From NCBI GenBank assembly GCA_964427275.1, contig CAYRSR010000001.1:20394-84393 (forward strand): a stretch of DNA of 64,000 nucleotides, written 5' to 3'. The stretch comes from an uncultured Candidatus Saccharibacteria bacterium. Lineage in GTDB: Bacteria; Patescibacteriota; Minisyncoccia; UBA6257; CAYRSR01. Shown piece by piece: positions 1 through 10,092 of this stretch; the first letter of the stretch is position 1, and every line of letters starts with the position of its first letter. The notes under the pieces are model-generated. The model saw nothing but the letters and a program-made list of their open reading frames with translations. It did no database searches and was not told the DNA's origin. The translations under genes were made by a program, and so were the position numbers.

Positions 1-1512
1 TAAAACTTCAAAAATACCTATTCTTCCAAAATAGCCGGTGCCATCACAATTTTTACAACCTCGTCCTCTATAAAGTCGAACTTCATCAGTGTTCTTAAAT
101 AACTCTTCGACAACTTGCTGAGGAAACTTGGATAATGCTTCTGATTTTTTGAGTTCATAACTCTCAATGCAGGCAGGACAAATTTTTCTGACCAGTCTTT
201 GAGCTATAACCAAAATTACCGAGGAAGCCACCAGATATGGTTCGGCTCCCATCTCTATCAATCTAATTAAATTAGCAGCAGCATTGATAGCATGCATAGT
301 CGATAGCACTAAATGACCGGTCATTGCTGTATCAATAGCAATTTTAACAGTTTCTCTGTCTCTTATTTCCCCTACCAGAATAATATCCGGGTCCTGTCTG
401 ACAATTGATCTAAGTCCTTGAGAAAAAGTTAAATTAGTCCTGGGATTAACTTGAACCTGGTTTACCCCAGGTATATAGTACTCTACCGGATCTTCAATCG
501 AAGAAATGTTTACCTCTGGAGTATTTAAAATTTTCAATATTGCATACATAGTAGTAGTCTTACCACAACCAGTAGGTCCTCCGGCTATTAGCATCCCATA
601 ACTTTTTTTAGTATATTCTTTAATAATCTCAATATCTTTTTCAAATAAACCTAAGCTATCTAAGGTGAATTTTCTAGCTCGCTCAGATAAAAGTCGTAGT
701 TCTATTTTTTCTCCGGCGGTAATTGGGATAACCGAAACCCTAGCATCAAAGCTATCCTGACCAATAGTTACAGTAAATCTTCCATCCTGAGCAGCAAAAT
801 GTTCATCTATCCGAAGATTACTTAAAACCTTTATTCTGGTAACTATAGAATCATGAACAAATCGAGGTAAAGTAAGTCCTCGCCTTAAGATACCATCAAT
901 TCGATACCTTACTATAGTTTCTTTTTTCATCGGCTCAATGTGAATATCCGAAGCTTCATTTTCATATCCATATCTAATTATGGCATCTACAATCTTTATA
1001 ACCGCAGTTTCAGCTCCGGCAGTTCCACTCTTAATTCTTTTTAGTTCCTGATTAACTACATCTTCAAAACTCTCCTTGACTTGCTGGTGAAAGTATTTCA
1101 AGGCAACTTTAATGCTTCTGGGAGTAGTATAATAAGGAATTATTCTTTGATTAGTTTTCCTCTCCAGCCAATCAATCATTTCTAAATTATTTGGATCAGT
1201 CATTGCCACTTTTATTCCTTCGCTTACCTGATCAAAACAAATTACCTGTTGATTTTTAGCTACTTCTTCAGGGATGATATTTAAAATCTCCTTGGGAATA
1301 GTAACTCTCCTGAGATCAACAAAATTAAAACCCATCCTTTCAGCTATTAGTCTGCCTAAATGTTCATCCTGAATTAGTCCTCTCTCTACTAGAACTTCTT
1401 CCAGAGATATATTTCTTTGCCTGGCTTCTTGCTTGACCGACTCAAATTGCTCCTTAGTAACAAATCCCGGAGCTACTAACATTTCTTCAAGACCTTTTGA
1501 AGTTAACTTCAT
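1..1512 (-). CDS. GspE/PilB family secretion/pilus ATPase (3' end runs off the window)
   Basis: Not in ORF track. Manual translation from ATG at 1512 gives MKLTSKGLEEMLVAPG..., with Walker A GGPTGCGKTTT, SIEDPVEY, RQDPDIILVGEIRD and TGHLV motifs. Confidence 0.92.
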   Translation of the reverse strand, partial: MKLTSKGLEEMLVAPGFVTKEQFESVKQEARQRNISLEEVLVERGLIQDEHLGRLIAERMGFNFVDLRRVTIPKEILNIIPEEVAKNQQVICFDQVSEGIKVAMTDPNNLEMIDWLERKTNQRIIPYYTTPRSIKVALKYFHQQVKESFEDVVNQELKRIKSGTAGAETAVIKIVDAIIRYGYENEASDIHIEPMKKETIVRYRIDGILRRGLTLPRFVHDSIVTRIKVLSNLRIDEHFAAQDGRFTVTIGQDSFDARVSVIPITAGEKIELRLLSERARKFTLDSLGLFEKDIEIIKEYTKKSYGMLIAGGPTGCGKTTTMYAILKILNTPEVNISSIEDPVEYYIPGVNQVQVNPRTNLTFSQGLRSIVRQDPDIILVGEIRDRETVKIAIDTAMTGHLVLSTMHAINAAANLIRLIEMGAEPYLVASSVILVIAQRLVRKICPACIESYELKKSEALSKFPQQVVEELFKNTDEVRLYRGRGCKNCDGTGYFGRIGIFEVL

Positions 1513-1519
1513 TTTATCT

Positions 1520-2080
1520 TTATTTTATTATACTACTTTTATAACTTGTTAGAAGATGTTTTATTTTTCGTTTTATTTCGCTCCGATTAGCAGTAGATAA
1601 TTTTAATATAATAGTATCTTTTCTATTTCTTATTCTATCTAAAAACGGATCTGAATGAATACCAATTGTTCCAAGAACCTGGCTTTTACTATTAAGAGCC
1701 TGAAGTACCACCTTTTGAAATCGTTTAGAAAAAATTTCCATTTTTCCAATTTCATCAATAATTATTAAATCTCCCTTTTTCAAACCTCTGAAAATGGAAC
1801 TTACTCCCAATTCTTCTAAATCTTTAAGATTCAGGCCATATTTACTTACTCGCTTCTCACTACGAATATTCTGGTGAGCCAAAATTCCACGCTTACCACT
1901 TAAAGTTACTATACTAAATCCCTTCCTTTTTCCATGAACTCTTATTTCAGAAGTATAAAATCCACTAGCTTTTAAGTTTAATTCCTTTAATATTTCTATT
2001 ATTAATGTAGTCTTTCCGCAGCCAGGCTTACTAGTAATCAAAATATTCTTTACTCCGCTTAAATTTTTAGAACTTTCCAT
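1520..2080 (-). CDS. NTPase (THEP1/HCR-NTPase, NTPase_1 family)
   Basis: ILITSKPGCGKTT, GFYTSEIR and IIDEIGKME motifs. Confidence 0.88.
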   Translation of the reverse strand: MESSKNLSGVKNILITSKPGCGKTTLIIEILKELNLKASGFYTSEIRVHGKRKGFSIVTLSGKRGILAHQNIRSEKRVSKYGLNLKDLEELGVSSIFRGLKKGDLIIIDEIGKMEIFSKRFQKVVLQALNSKSQVLGTIGIHSDPFLDRIRNRKDTIILKLSTANRSEIKRKIKHLLTSYKSSIIK

Positions 2081-2083
2081 AGT

Positions 2084-2671
2084 TTAAGTAAAAAATTCCC
2101 CTATCCCAGAGCAAATCATCTCTACAGCTAAAGCTGCTAAAATCAACCCCATTATTTTTGCTAGAGCTTGAGTTCCTCCAGTTTTAAGAAACTTAAACAA
2201 ATATTCAGAATTAATTAAAACTATCCAGCAAAAAAACATTGCTAAAAATATTGCCATAAAAACTAAAATTCTTTGTACCCCAAAAACCTGTCTAGTATAA
2301 ATCATTACTGTAGCTATTGCTCCTGGACCGGCAATTAATGGAACTGCTAGTGGAGTAAAAGCAAGATAGTCTTTTTCTTTTTGAATAACCTTGGGAAATC
2401 CTAAAATAATTTCTAGAGAAATAATCAGTAGCAAAATTCCTGCAGATATTCTAAAAGAGGAAAGACTTAAATTTAGCCAATCTAAAATATGCTGACCCAA
2501 ACAAGCAAATATTATTAAAATTAGACCAGAAATTAGAATTGCTTTAGTAATAATTCTTTTTCGAACCGAAGAATTAAAATTGGAAGTTAAAGACAAAAAA
2601 ATTGGAATATTCCCAAATGGATCAGCAATAACTACCAAAGTTATAAAAAGACGTATAAATAAATCAAGCAT
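2084..2671 (-). CDS. MarC family membrane protein
   Basis: DPFGNIPIF and PLAVPLIAGPGAIATV motifs; hydrophobic. Confidence 0.92.
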   Translation of the reverse strand: MLDLFIRLFITLVVIADPFGNIPIFLSLTSNFNSSVRKRIITKAILISGLILIIFACLGQHILDWLNLSLSSFRISAGILLLIISLEIILGFPKVIQKEKDYLAFTPLAVPLIAGPGAIATVMIYTRQVFGVQRILVFMAIFLAMFFCWIVLINSEYLFKFLKTGGTQALAKIMGLILAALAVEMICSGIGEFFT

Positions 2672-3649
2672 TTATTTAAAAAAAGTTAGTTTAATAATAA
2701 ACCAGGTGTAAAATACAATATACATTATCCCTTCCCAAAAGTGAAGTTTTTTGGAAAAGTAAGAAATTAATAACAAAAACGTAGCTAAAATTAAAAATGG
2801 TAAGCCAAGAGACAAAGTCAATGCATCTACATTGATAACTCTAAATAGAGATGGAAAACCACCTACAAATAAGAGATTAAATACATTAGAACCAAAAATA
2901 TTTCCTATTGCAATATCGTACTTTCTTCTAATTGCTGCTCTTACTGAAACTACTAATTCAGGCAAGGAAGTCCCTACTGCTAAAGCAGTTATGGAAATAA
3001 GAGAAGTAGTAACAACTAAAGTCTGGGCTAATTTAGAAATTGACTCAACTACAAAGTTTGCTCCTATCGAAAGTCCAATTATAGCTAAAACAAAAGTTAA
3101 AAATACTTTAAATAGCTTTATAATCAAGGAGAGAAATGCTTTAATTGCTTTCCAGTCTGGTCTTTTCAACTTAGGTATTTTTTGAGGAATTTCTCCCTTT
3201 CTCCGATAAAAGGAGAAAAATAAATAAACTAAAAAGGCTAAAATTAGCATACATCCCTCACTAAATTCAATTTTTCCATCCATAATTACTAAGATAAATA
3301 AAACTGTAGAAGTGGCTAGCAAAAAATAATCCAAAGTAATTAAGTCTTTAAGCTTTAAAGTCCGAGCTACTATAGTCATAATTCCCAGTATCAACAAAAT
3401 ATTAGCAACATTAGAACCTATTACATTGGAAGTAACAATTTCAGTTTCCTGCTTAATTGCTGCAGCAGTTGATGAAGCTAACTCAGGAAGTGAAGTTCCC
3501 ATAGCCACTATAACAGTTCCTATTACCAAAGGAGAAATCCCAAAAGCCAGGCCAATTTTTTCAGCACTGAATATCAGCCAGTCAGCCGATTTTACTACCA
3601 AGATAATACTAGCTATAAAAATAAGAACCCAGAAAAAAAGAGAAATCAT
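2672..3649 (-). CDS. Calcium/sodium antiporter (YrbG-like)
   Basis: Two alpha repeats GTSLPEL...GSNV.N. Confidence 0.92.
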   Translation of the reverse strand: MISLFFWVLIFIASIILVVKSADWLIFSAEKIGLAFGISPLVIGTVIVAMGTSLPELASSTAAAIKQETEIVTSNVIGSNVANILLILGIMTIVARTLKLKDLITLDYFLLATSTVLFILVIMDGKIEFSEGCMLILAFLVYLFFSFYRRKGEIPQKIPKLKRPDWKAIKAFLSLIIKLFKVFLTFVLAIIGLSIGANFVVESISKLAQTLVVTTSLISITALAVGTSLPELVVSVRAAIRRKYDIAIGNIFGSNVFNLLFVGGFPSLFRVINVDALTLSLGLPFLILATFLLLISYFSKKLHFWEGIMYIVFYTWFIIKLTFFK

Positions 3650-3877
3650 TTAATAAGCTAATTTTGATACTTTAGTCAAGCGACCAGTAAACCTTAGTCT
3701 CAGTGATTAATTTAAATCTAAACACTTTTAGAAATACCCTCTTGTGGTCTTAATACTCAAGTTAAGTATTTTATTTAGTCAGAAACTTATTAGAAATCGC
3801 ATAAAAATGATAGCTAATTTTTCAATTGTAGTCAACAAAAAATCATACCTAAAAACATACTCAAATTAATCTAAGCC

Positions 3878-3906
3878 TTGACAAAAGTAAGATTTTATGC
3901 TAACTT
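3878..3906 (+). promoter_or_regulatory. Sigma70-type promoter of orphan gene
   Basis: TTGACA-17 nt-TAACTT with extended TG; AGGAGGG follows at 3933-3939. Confidence 0.6.
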
Positions 3907-3942
3907 ATTACCAAATAAAACGATCTTTAAAAAGGAGGGAGA

Positions 3943-4257
3943 ATGGATAGAGAAGATAAGCATTTAGACATAACAAAAAAACTGAAGAAGTTAGTAGAAG
4001 AAGCAGGAGATCCGGTCCATTTGGACACCCCATGGTGTAAAAGATGGAGAGAAACTCACCCTAATTGCAAGGGCTGTGAATCAGAACTCGGATGTGCTAA
4101 GTTGACCAGATTAATGCAATTAGTAGCCCTTTCTTCTCTTTGTCCAGTTGAGAGAGAAGTAATAGAAGAACTTAAATCAAAAATCTTAAAAGCTAGAACA
4201 ATTGAGGAGCTCAATAAAATTGTTGATGAAGAGGATCTTTTTAACCCGCTAATTTAA
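3943..4257 (+). CDS. Hypothetical Cys-rich small protein
   Basis: Has its own promoter, SD and terminator; pattern C-x6-H-x2-C-x2-C-x5-C. Confidence 0.7.
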   Translation: MDREDKHLDITKKLKKLVEEAGDPVHLDTPWCKRWRETHPNCKGCESELGCAKLTRLMQLVALSSLCPVEREVIEELKSKILKARTIEELNKIVDEEDLFNPLI

Positions 4258-4266
4258 AATACTTCA

Positions 4267-4296
4267 GGCAGGCATTAAAGCCTGCCATTTTTATTT
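4267..4296 (+). terminator. Intrinsic terminator
   Basis: GGCAGGC-ATTAAA-GCCTGCC followed by a T-rich tail. Confidence 0.7.
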
Positions 4297-4331
4297 AAAT
4301 ATTCCCAGCTTAACCTAAAGTTCAGTCTTTG

Positions 4332-4412
4332 TGCCCAGGGCGGGATTCGAACCCGCAGGCCTTTCGGCACGGCACCTCAAACCGTTGCGTCTGCCAGTTC
4401 CGCCACCTGGGC
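4332..4412 (-). tRNA. tRNA-Leu(GAG), CCA not encoded
   Basis: GCCCAGG/CCTGGGC acceptor stem; anticodon arm ACGGT-TTGAGGT-GCCGT; long variable arm; GGTTCGAATCC T-loop. Confidence 0.95.
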
Positions 4413-4414
4413 AG

Positions 4415-4717
4415 TTAAATTTTTAATCGTTTTCTAATCTTTCTTTCTGATGCTTCTCTAGTCCAGTAAAGCTTGGCTCTTTTAGCTGAACCTTCCTTAA
4501 TAATCTTTACTTCAATCAAAGGTGAGTGTATTGGATAGGTCTTTTCCACTGCCACTCCTTCAATAACTTTTCTTACTGTAAAAGTAGCTCCGGGCTCACT
4601 TCCATGTTTTCTAGAAATTACTAGTCCCTCAAAGACACTCTGACTTTTCTCTCCTCTCTTCTCAATTACTCTCACTACCGCTCCAGCTCTAATTTTCTGA
4701 AGTTCTTTTTCAGTCAT
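4415..4717 (-). CDS. rplS: 50S ribosomal protein L19
   Basis: FEGLVI...TFTVRK...GVAVEKTYP.HSP...RAKLYW motifs. Confidence 0.93.
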   Translation of the reverse strand: MTEKELQKIRAGAVVRVIEKRGEKSQSVFEGLVISRKHGSEPGATFTVRKVIEGVAVEKTYPIHSPLIEVKIIKEGSAKRAKLYWTREASERKIRKRLKI

Positions 4718-4729
4718 GCTTTTATAATT

Positions 4730-5461
4730 TTAACCATTCATTTTAAATTGTAAAGCATTTAAAACGTCTTCTAGATCAGCAGGAAGACCAGCTTCAATTC
4801 TAACTCTACCTTCTCTCTGCAAGAATGAATTGAATTCTAAACTCAAAGAATGAAGGAAAGGTCTCTTTAAACCAAATGGATTACTCTTTCTTCCATACAT
4901 TGAATCTCCTACTATGGGATGATGAATACTGGAAAAATGTATTCTAATTTGATGAGTTCTTCCAGTTAATGGGATTACTTTAACCAAGCTAAATTCCTGT
5001 CCTTTAAATTTAAAGCTTTTTATTCGCTGATATAAAGTTACTGCTGACTTAACTAACTTAGCCTTTTTTAGATAAGTAGTTCTTTTTACTACTCCTTTTC
5101 TGGATAATCCAATTGGTTTATCAATCTTGCCACTTTTAGGAACTATCCCAAAAATCAATGCTAAGTAGGTTTTCTTAACTTCTTCTTGTTTGAATAAATT
5201 TTTAAAGTAATCAAAACTTTTTTGATTTAATGCAATTATCATTGCTCCAGAAGTATCTCTATCCAACCGATGAACAATCCCTGGTCTGAATTTCTCTCCA
5301 ACATTTCTAACTTCCGGATAATTATCAAGCAGCCAACTTACAACAGTATTATTAGATGAATTCAAAAACTTAGAACCTACTGGCCTATGAACTAAAACTC
5401 CAGCTGGCTTATTTATTACAAGAAAATCAGAAGTCTTATAAATAACTTTAATTTCAGGCAT
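4730..5461 (-). CDS. RluA family pseudouridine synthase
   Basis: NKPAG, HRLDRDTSG and TGRTHQIR motifs. Confidence 0.93.
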   Translation of the reverse strand: MPEIKVIYKTSDFLVINKPAGVLVHRPVGSKFLNSSNNTVVSWLLDNYPEVRNVGEKFRPGIVHRLDRDTSGAMIIALNQKSFDYFKNLFKQEEVKKTYLALIFGIVPKSGKIDKPIGLSRKGVVKRTTYLKKAKLVKSAVTLYQRIKSFKFKGQEFSLVKVIPLTGRTHQIRIHFSSIHHPIVGDSMYGRKSNPFGLKRPFLHSLSLEFNSFLQREGRVRIEAGLPADLEDVLNALQFKMNG

Positions 5462-5474
5462 TAAAACTAAACTA

Positions 5475-5714
5475 TTACTTTTTACCAGCTATTAATCCAG
5501 CTATTATCCTGGCTACAAGGTAGAAAATCCAGACAGGTAAAAACCCAAGCAAAAATGAGGTAGAAATTTCAATTAAAAAATATTTAAAACTTTCCTGAAT
5601 AAATTCTTTTGGAAAACTTAATCCAGTCAAAAGTGCCAGGATAGTTCCTAAAATTAGAGAAAATAAAATAGTTAGCTTTAAAAATTTTCCAGTTAAAAAT
5701 ATGCTTTTTCTCAT
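5475..5714 (-). CDS. Small membrane protein
   Basis: Two hydrophobic segments; operon context. Confidence 0.6.
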   Translation of the reverse strand: MRKSIFLTGKFLKLTILFSLILGTILALLTGLSFPKEFIQESFKYFLIEISTSFLLGFLPVWIFYLVARIIAGLIAGKK

Positions 5715-5851
5715 AATTTTTTAGCTATTAAATATTCAACTAACATAATTACTGCTGCTATTATCAAGTATATCAATATTACCACCCAAAGCTTAAATTT
5801 TTTAAACCAGATAGTTTTTCTACTTGATGGAGTCTCCTTAAAAACTTTCAT
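5711..5851 (-). CDS. Small single-TM protein (46 aa, below ORF-track cutoff)
   Basis: MKVFKETPSSRKTIWFKKFKLWVVILIYLIIAAVIMLVEYLIAKKL; fills the gap after htpX with an ATGA overlap to the next gene. Confidence 0.6.
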   Translation of the reverse strand: MKVFKETPSSRKTIWFKKFKLWVVILIYLIIAAVIMLVEYLIAKKL

Positions 5852-5853
5852 GA

Positions 5854-6738
5854 CTACATCATCCTTAGTCTTTTAATTCTTTCCTCCACTGGAGGATGAG
5901 TAGAAAACAATCTAGTAATGACGCTCTTAGCTTGCTTGCCTTTAAATGGACTAATTATAAATAGATGAGCTGTTGAATAATCAGCAGTTCTTAAAATGTT
6001 ATTATCTGCAGAAATTTTCTCTAAAGCTCTGGCCAACCCTTCCGGATATCTAGTCAACAAGGCACCAGTAGCATCGGCTAAAAATTCCCTTTCTCTGGAA
6101 ACAGCCAGTCTGATTAAAGTTGCTGCCAGTGGAGCTAATATAGCTCCTAACAAACCCAAAACCAATAGCATTATTCCTCCCTCCTTTCTTCTGCGGTTAC
6201 TAAAAAAGCTTGCTCTTAAAAAATATCTGGAAATCAAGGTAACCACTCCCACCAGTACTACTATTACTGTAGCCAGTAAAATATCTCTGTTTCCAATATG
6301 AGCCATTTCATGAGAAATTACCCCTTCTAATTCTACTCTTTCCAGTTTGTTCAACAATCCTTTGGTTACTGCAATTGCTGAATGTTCCGGATCTCTTCCA
6401 GTAGCAAAAGCATTTGGTTGTGAAGAATCAATTAAGTAAATTTTAGGCTTAGGCAAGCCAGCTGTAATAGACAGATTCTCTACAATTCGATGAAGTTCTG
6501 GATTATCTTCTTTGCTAACCGGAACTGCTCCAGTCATTTTTAACACAAACTTGTCAGAATACCAGTAACTTAAAAAGCTCTCCACAATAGCAATAACTAT
6601 AGCTATCACCACAATTAGATATTCATCTAAAATATAGCTAAACAGCCAGCCCAAGCCAATAATTAAAGCTACAAAGCCAGAAATAAATAAAAAGGTATTT
6701 CTGATATTCTTCTCTGCTTGAGTATACAAAGTAGCCAT
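5854..6738 (-). CDS. htpX: M48 zinc metalloprotease HtpX
   Basis: PNAFATG, HEMAH, SREREFLAD and THPP motifs; follows lemA. Confidence 0.93.
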   Translation of the reverse strand: MATLYTQAEKNIRNTFLFISGFVALIIGLGWLFSYILDEYLIVVIAIVIAIVESFLSYWYSDKFVLKMTGAVPVSKEDNPELHRIVENLSITAGLPKPKIYLIDSSQPNAFATGRDPEHSAIAVTKGLLNKLERVELEGVISHEMAHIGNRDILLATVIVVLVGVVTLISRYFLRASFFSNRRRKEGGIMLLVLGLLGAILAPLAATLIRLAVSREREFLADATGALLTRYPEGLARALEKISADNNILRTADYSTAHLFIISPFKGKQAKSVITRLFSTHPPVEERIKRLRMM

Positions 6739-6780
6739 TTTAGCTATAACTCAACCTAACAGAATTTTTATTTTTCTAAA

Positions 6781-7326
6781 TTAAAACTTTACTTCCACCG
6801 GTTTTCTCTCTTCCAACCCAGTTAATTCAAATAAATCCATTTTCCTAAACTTAAACATCTTCGCAATTATCTTAGCTGGAAAGCTTTCAATCCGGATGTT
6901 CAAATCCCTAACATTAGCATTATAAAACCTTCTGGCTGCCTGAATTTTATCCTCGGTATCTCTTAGTTCCCTTTGGAGCTCAATGAAGTTTTTGGAAGCC
7001 TTCAATTCAGGATAATTCTCAGCTACCGCAAAAAGACTCTTTAAAGCTTCACTTAAAGCACCTTCAGCTGCCCCTTTCTCAACTACTCCTTTTGCTTTAG
7101 TAACACTAGCTCTGGCCTCAGTTATCTTTTCAAAAAGTTCTCTTTCATGAGTAGCATATCCTTTTACTGTATTTACCAAATTTGGAATCAGGTTATATCT
7201 TCTTTTTAGCTGGACATCAATATCAGCCCAGGCTTCTCTGGCTCTGTTCCTTAACTTAACCAGTCCATTATAAGTAAAGATAGTCCACAAAAGAATTATG
7301 ACTACTATGGTTATCGCAATCCACAT
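6781..7326 (-). CDS. lemA: LemA family protein
   Basis: YNGLV..RN..EAWADIDVQLKRR..LIPNLV and AENYPELKA motifs. Confidence 0.95.
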   Translation of the reverse strand: MWIAITIVVIILLWTIFTYNGLVKLRNRAREAWADIDVQLKRRYNLIPNLVNTVKGYATHERELFEKITEARASVTKAKGVVEKGAAEGALSEALKSLFAVAENYPELKASKNFIELQRELRDTEDKIQAARRFYNANVRDLNIRIESFPAKIIAKMFKFRKMDLFELTGLEERKPVEVKF

Positions 7327-7418
7327 AATAAAAATTAAATTAAGTTCCGACCTTTAAACATTAAATCTCATACTTCAATTATACCAAATTTTAAATCTGG
7401 ACAAAACACAATAGATTA

Positions 7419-8672
7419 TCAGCCAATCCAGTTAATCAAAAAATATTTTCTCTTTCCTCTTCTAACTAACAAGTACTTGCCAAACAATTTATCTGAAGGA
7501 AAGAGAATTTTGTGTAAATCTCCAACTACCTTTCCATTAATACAAATTGCACCATTTCTAACATCTTCTCTTGCCTGTCGCTTGGATGAACAGATTCCAG
7601 TTTTAACTAGCAAATCTAAAATATTTAATTGTTTTCCTGAAATATTACTTGTAGGAATAGTATCTTTAATCTGAGCTAAGTCTGATTTAGATAGCTGACT
7701 GATTTTTCCATAAAACAAATAATTCGATATTTTTCCAGCCTGTTTAGAAGCAGATTTTCCATGTACTAATTCAGTAACTAATTTTGCTAAGGTTCTTTGA
7801 GCCTCCCTTTTTTCAGGTTGATTTTTAACTTTTTCTTGTAAATTCAAGATTTCTTTCTTATTCAAAAAGGTAAAATACTTGATAAGCTTAATTACATCTC
7901 TATCATCAATATTTATCCAGAACTGATAAAATTGATAAGGTGAAGTTTTTTTTGCATCCAGCCAGATATTACCTGATTCAGTTTTTCCAAACTTGGTTCC
8001 ATCAGCTTTGACTAATAATGGTAAAGTTAAGCCATAAACCACTTTCTTGCATTTCTTTCTGATTAAATCTACCCCGGCAGTAATATTCCCCCACTGATCA
8101 CTGCCTCCAATTTGAAGTTCACAGTTAAACTTTTTATTTAATACCATAAAGTCGTATGCTTGCAGTAACATATAACAAAATTCGGCAAATGAAATTCCAG
8201 TAGTTAATCTACTTCTTATTGATTGTTTGGAAAGCATATAATTTACCTGAAACCACTTTCCAATATCTCTTAAAAATTCAACTAACTTAAGATTACCAAG
8301 CCAGTCGTAATTATTTATCAACCTAGCTGGATTAATTTTAGATTTAAAATCGAAAAACTTTTTAATCTGATTTTCAATTTTTTTGGCTCTCAGTTTCACT
8401 TCTTTTTCGGAAAGTAAGGGACGTTCTTTTAGCTTCCCACTAGGATCACCTATTAAAGCAGTACCCGTTCCAATTAAAATTATTGGGGTATGACCGTATT
8501 CTTGAAATCTTTTTAAAGTGATTAGTTGAAGTAAATTTCCTAAGTGTAAGCTCTCTGCAGTAGGATCAAAGCCAGCATATACCACAATTTTGCCCTGTTT
8601 TAATCTAGAAGGTAACCCTTCAGTTGCTTGATATATTAGCCCTCTAAATTTTAAATCTTCTAAAATGTTCAT
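7419..8672 (-). CDS. tyrS: Tyrosine-tRNA ligase
   Basis: GFDPTAESLHLGN, QIGGSDQWGNI, KFGKT and C-terminal S4 domain. Confidence 0.97.
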   Translation of the reverse strand: MNILEDLKFRGLIYQATEGLPSRLKQGKIVVYAGFDPTAESLHLGNLLQLITLKRFQEYGHTPIILIGTGTALIGDPSGKLKERPLLSEKEVKLRAKKIENQIKKFFDFKSKINPARLINNYDWLGNLKLVEFLRDIGKWFQVNYMLSKQSIRSRLTTGISFAEFCYMLLQAYDFMVLNKKFNCELQIGGSDQWGNITAGVDLIRKKCKKVVYGLTLPLLVKADGTKFGKTESGNIWLDAKKTSPYQFYQFWINIDDRDVIKLIKYFTFLNKKEILNLQEKVKNQPEKREAQRTLAKLVTELVHGKSASKQAGKISNYLFYGKISQLSKSDLAQIKDTIPTSNISGKQLNILDLLVKTGICSSKRQAREDVRNGAICINGKVVGDLHKILFPSDKLFGKYLLVRRGKRKYFLINWIG

Positions 8673-10090
8673 TTAATTTTTGGAAACATTGGTTTTCCTT
8701 TTTTAATCAGGTATTTTCCAGGAGAAATTGGCTTGATGTTTTTAAATATATTTGCAGCAGTTTCAGGCATAAACGGTGATAATAAATCCGAAATTCTTTT
8801 CAAGATAAAAATCAATTCAGAAACTTCAGTAGGATCTTCTATTCTCCACAATTTTCGCTGGTTAATATATAAATCGCCATAAGATATTAGCTCCCAGATA
8901 GCTGCCAAACTCTCATTAAATTTATACTGATTCATTTTTTGTTCAAATTTTTTTTCAATTTTTTTTACTTCTTCAGAAGAATATCCGGCTTGTTTCAATT
9001 TAACATACTTAAATTTAGAGCCAATTCCTTCTATTCTAGCTACCAAGTTTCCCAATCCATCAGCTAAATCTGAATTGTATCTTCTTTCTAACTTAGTATA
9101 AGAAAAATCTCCATCTTCAAATGGTGGAAACTCTCTTAATAGATAATACCTCAAAGTATCTGCACCATACTTTTCAGCTACTTCTATTGGATCAATTATA
9201 TTTCCCAAAGATTTTGACATTTTTTTGCCTTCAACTGTAATAAATCCGTGAACCAAAAGAGTTTTAGGAAGTTGAAGTCCTGCTGACTTAAGAAGCGAGC
9301 CCCAGATTATGCTATGATGCCACAAAATGTCCTTTCCAATTAAATGAACATCAGCTGGCCAGAATTCAGAAAATTTCTGCTCAGGATAATTAATGGTAGA
9401 AAGATAATTTATCAATGCATCTACCCAGACTGCAATAACATATTTTTCATCTCCTGGAAAAGGAATCCCCCAGCTGATATCCCGAGAAATGCTCAAATCT
9501 CTTAAAGGAGTCTTTAATCTTTCTAGGATTTCATTTGCACGATAGTGAGGAATAATAAAATCAGAATTATCTTTGATATGTTTAATTAAAAAATCTTGAT
9601 ATTTACTCATTTTAAAAAAGTAACTTTCCTCTTGTTTATACTCTACTGGTAATCGGTGCACCGGACACAGGTTATTAACCAGTTCTGATTTAGAATAATA
9701 AGTCTCACATTCCACGCAATAGTAACCCTGATAAACTCCCTTATAAACATCCTTATTTTTAATGATTTTATCTAAGACTTTTTCAACCGTTTGAATATGT
9801 CTAGGCTCAGTGGTTCGAATAAAATCATCAAAAGATATATTTAAAACCTGGCTTAACTGCTTAAAGTGATTAACCATTTTGTTTACAAACTGCTCAGGGG
9901 TTTGATTATTTTTTTGAGCTTGTTTTAATATTTTCAATCCATGCTCATCAGTCCCGGTACTAAAGTGAACTTTAAAGCCTTTTTTTCTCTTGTAGCGGGC
10001 AATGACATCAGCCTGAATCTTCTCTAAAGCATGCCCTAAATGAGGCTTGGCTGAAGGATAATCAATTGCAGTGGTAACAAAGAACTTCAT
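8669..10090 (-). CDS. metG: Methionine-tRNA ligase
   Basis: HLGH, GTDEHG, Zn knuckle and KMSKS motifs. Confidence 0.96.
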   Translation of the reverse strand: MKFFVTTAIDYPSAKPHLGHALEKIQADVIARYKRKKGFKVHFSTGTDEHGLKILKQAQKNNQTPEQFVNKMVNHFKQLSQVLNISFDDFIRTTEPRHIQTVEKVLDKIIKNKDVYKGVYQGYYCVECETYYSKSELVNNLCPVHRLPVEYKQEESYFFKMSKYQDFLIKHIKDNSDFIIPHYRANEILERLKTPLRDLSISRDISWGIPFPGDEKYVIAVWVDALINYLSTINYPEQKFSEFWPADVHLIGKDILWHHSIIWGSLLKSAGLQLPKTLLVHGFITVEGKKMSKSLGNIIDPIEVAEKYGADTLRYYLLREFPPFEDGDFSYTKLERRYNSDLADGLGNLVARIEGIGSKFKYVKLKQAGYSSEEVKKIEKKFEQKMNQYKFNESLAAIWELISYGDLYINQRKLWRIEDPTEVSELIFILKRISDLLSPFMPETAANIFKNIKPISPGKYLIKKGKPMFPKIK

Positions 10091-10092
10091 AT

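Noticed and set aside
2832-3653. Antisense ORFs in the track (2832, 3426; likewise 5996, 7477, 15997, 16576, 22787, 26990, 31062, 38945, 43834, 57924, 58308, 59726-60391 and others)
   Set aside because: They overlap well-supported genes on the opposite strand or in another frame and have no recognisable motifs.
3681-3685. GGTCG upstream of the antiporter gene
   Set aside because: Lacks the AAA prefix and lies upstream of the predicted -35, so it would not be in the mRNA.
3943-4412. Integrated element at tRNA-Leu
   Set aside because: No integrase and no duplicated tRNA 3' end noticed.
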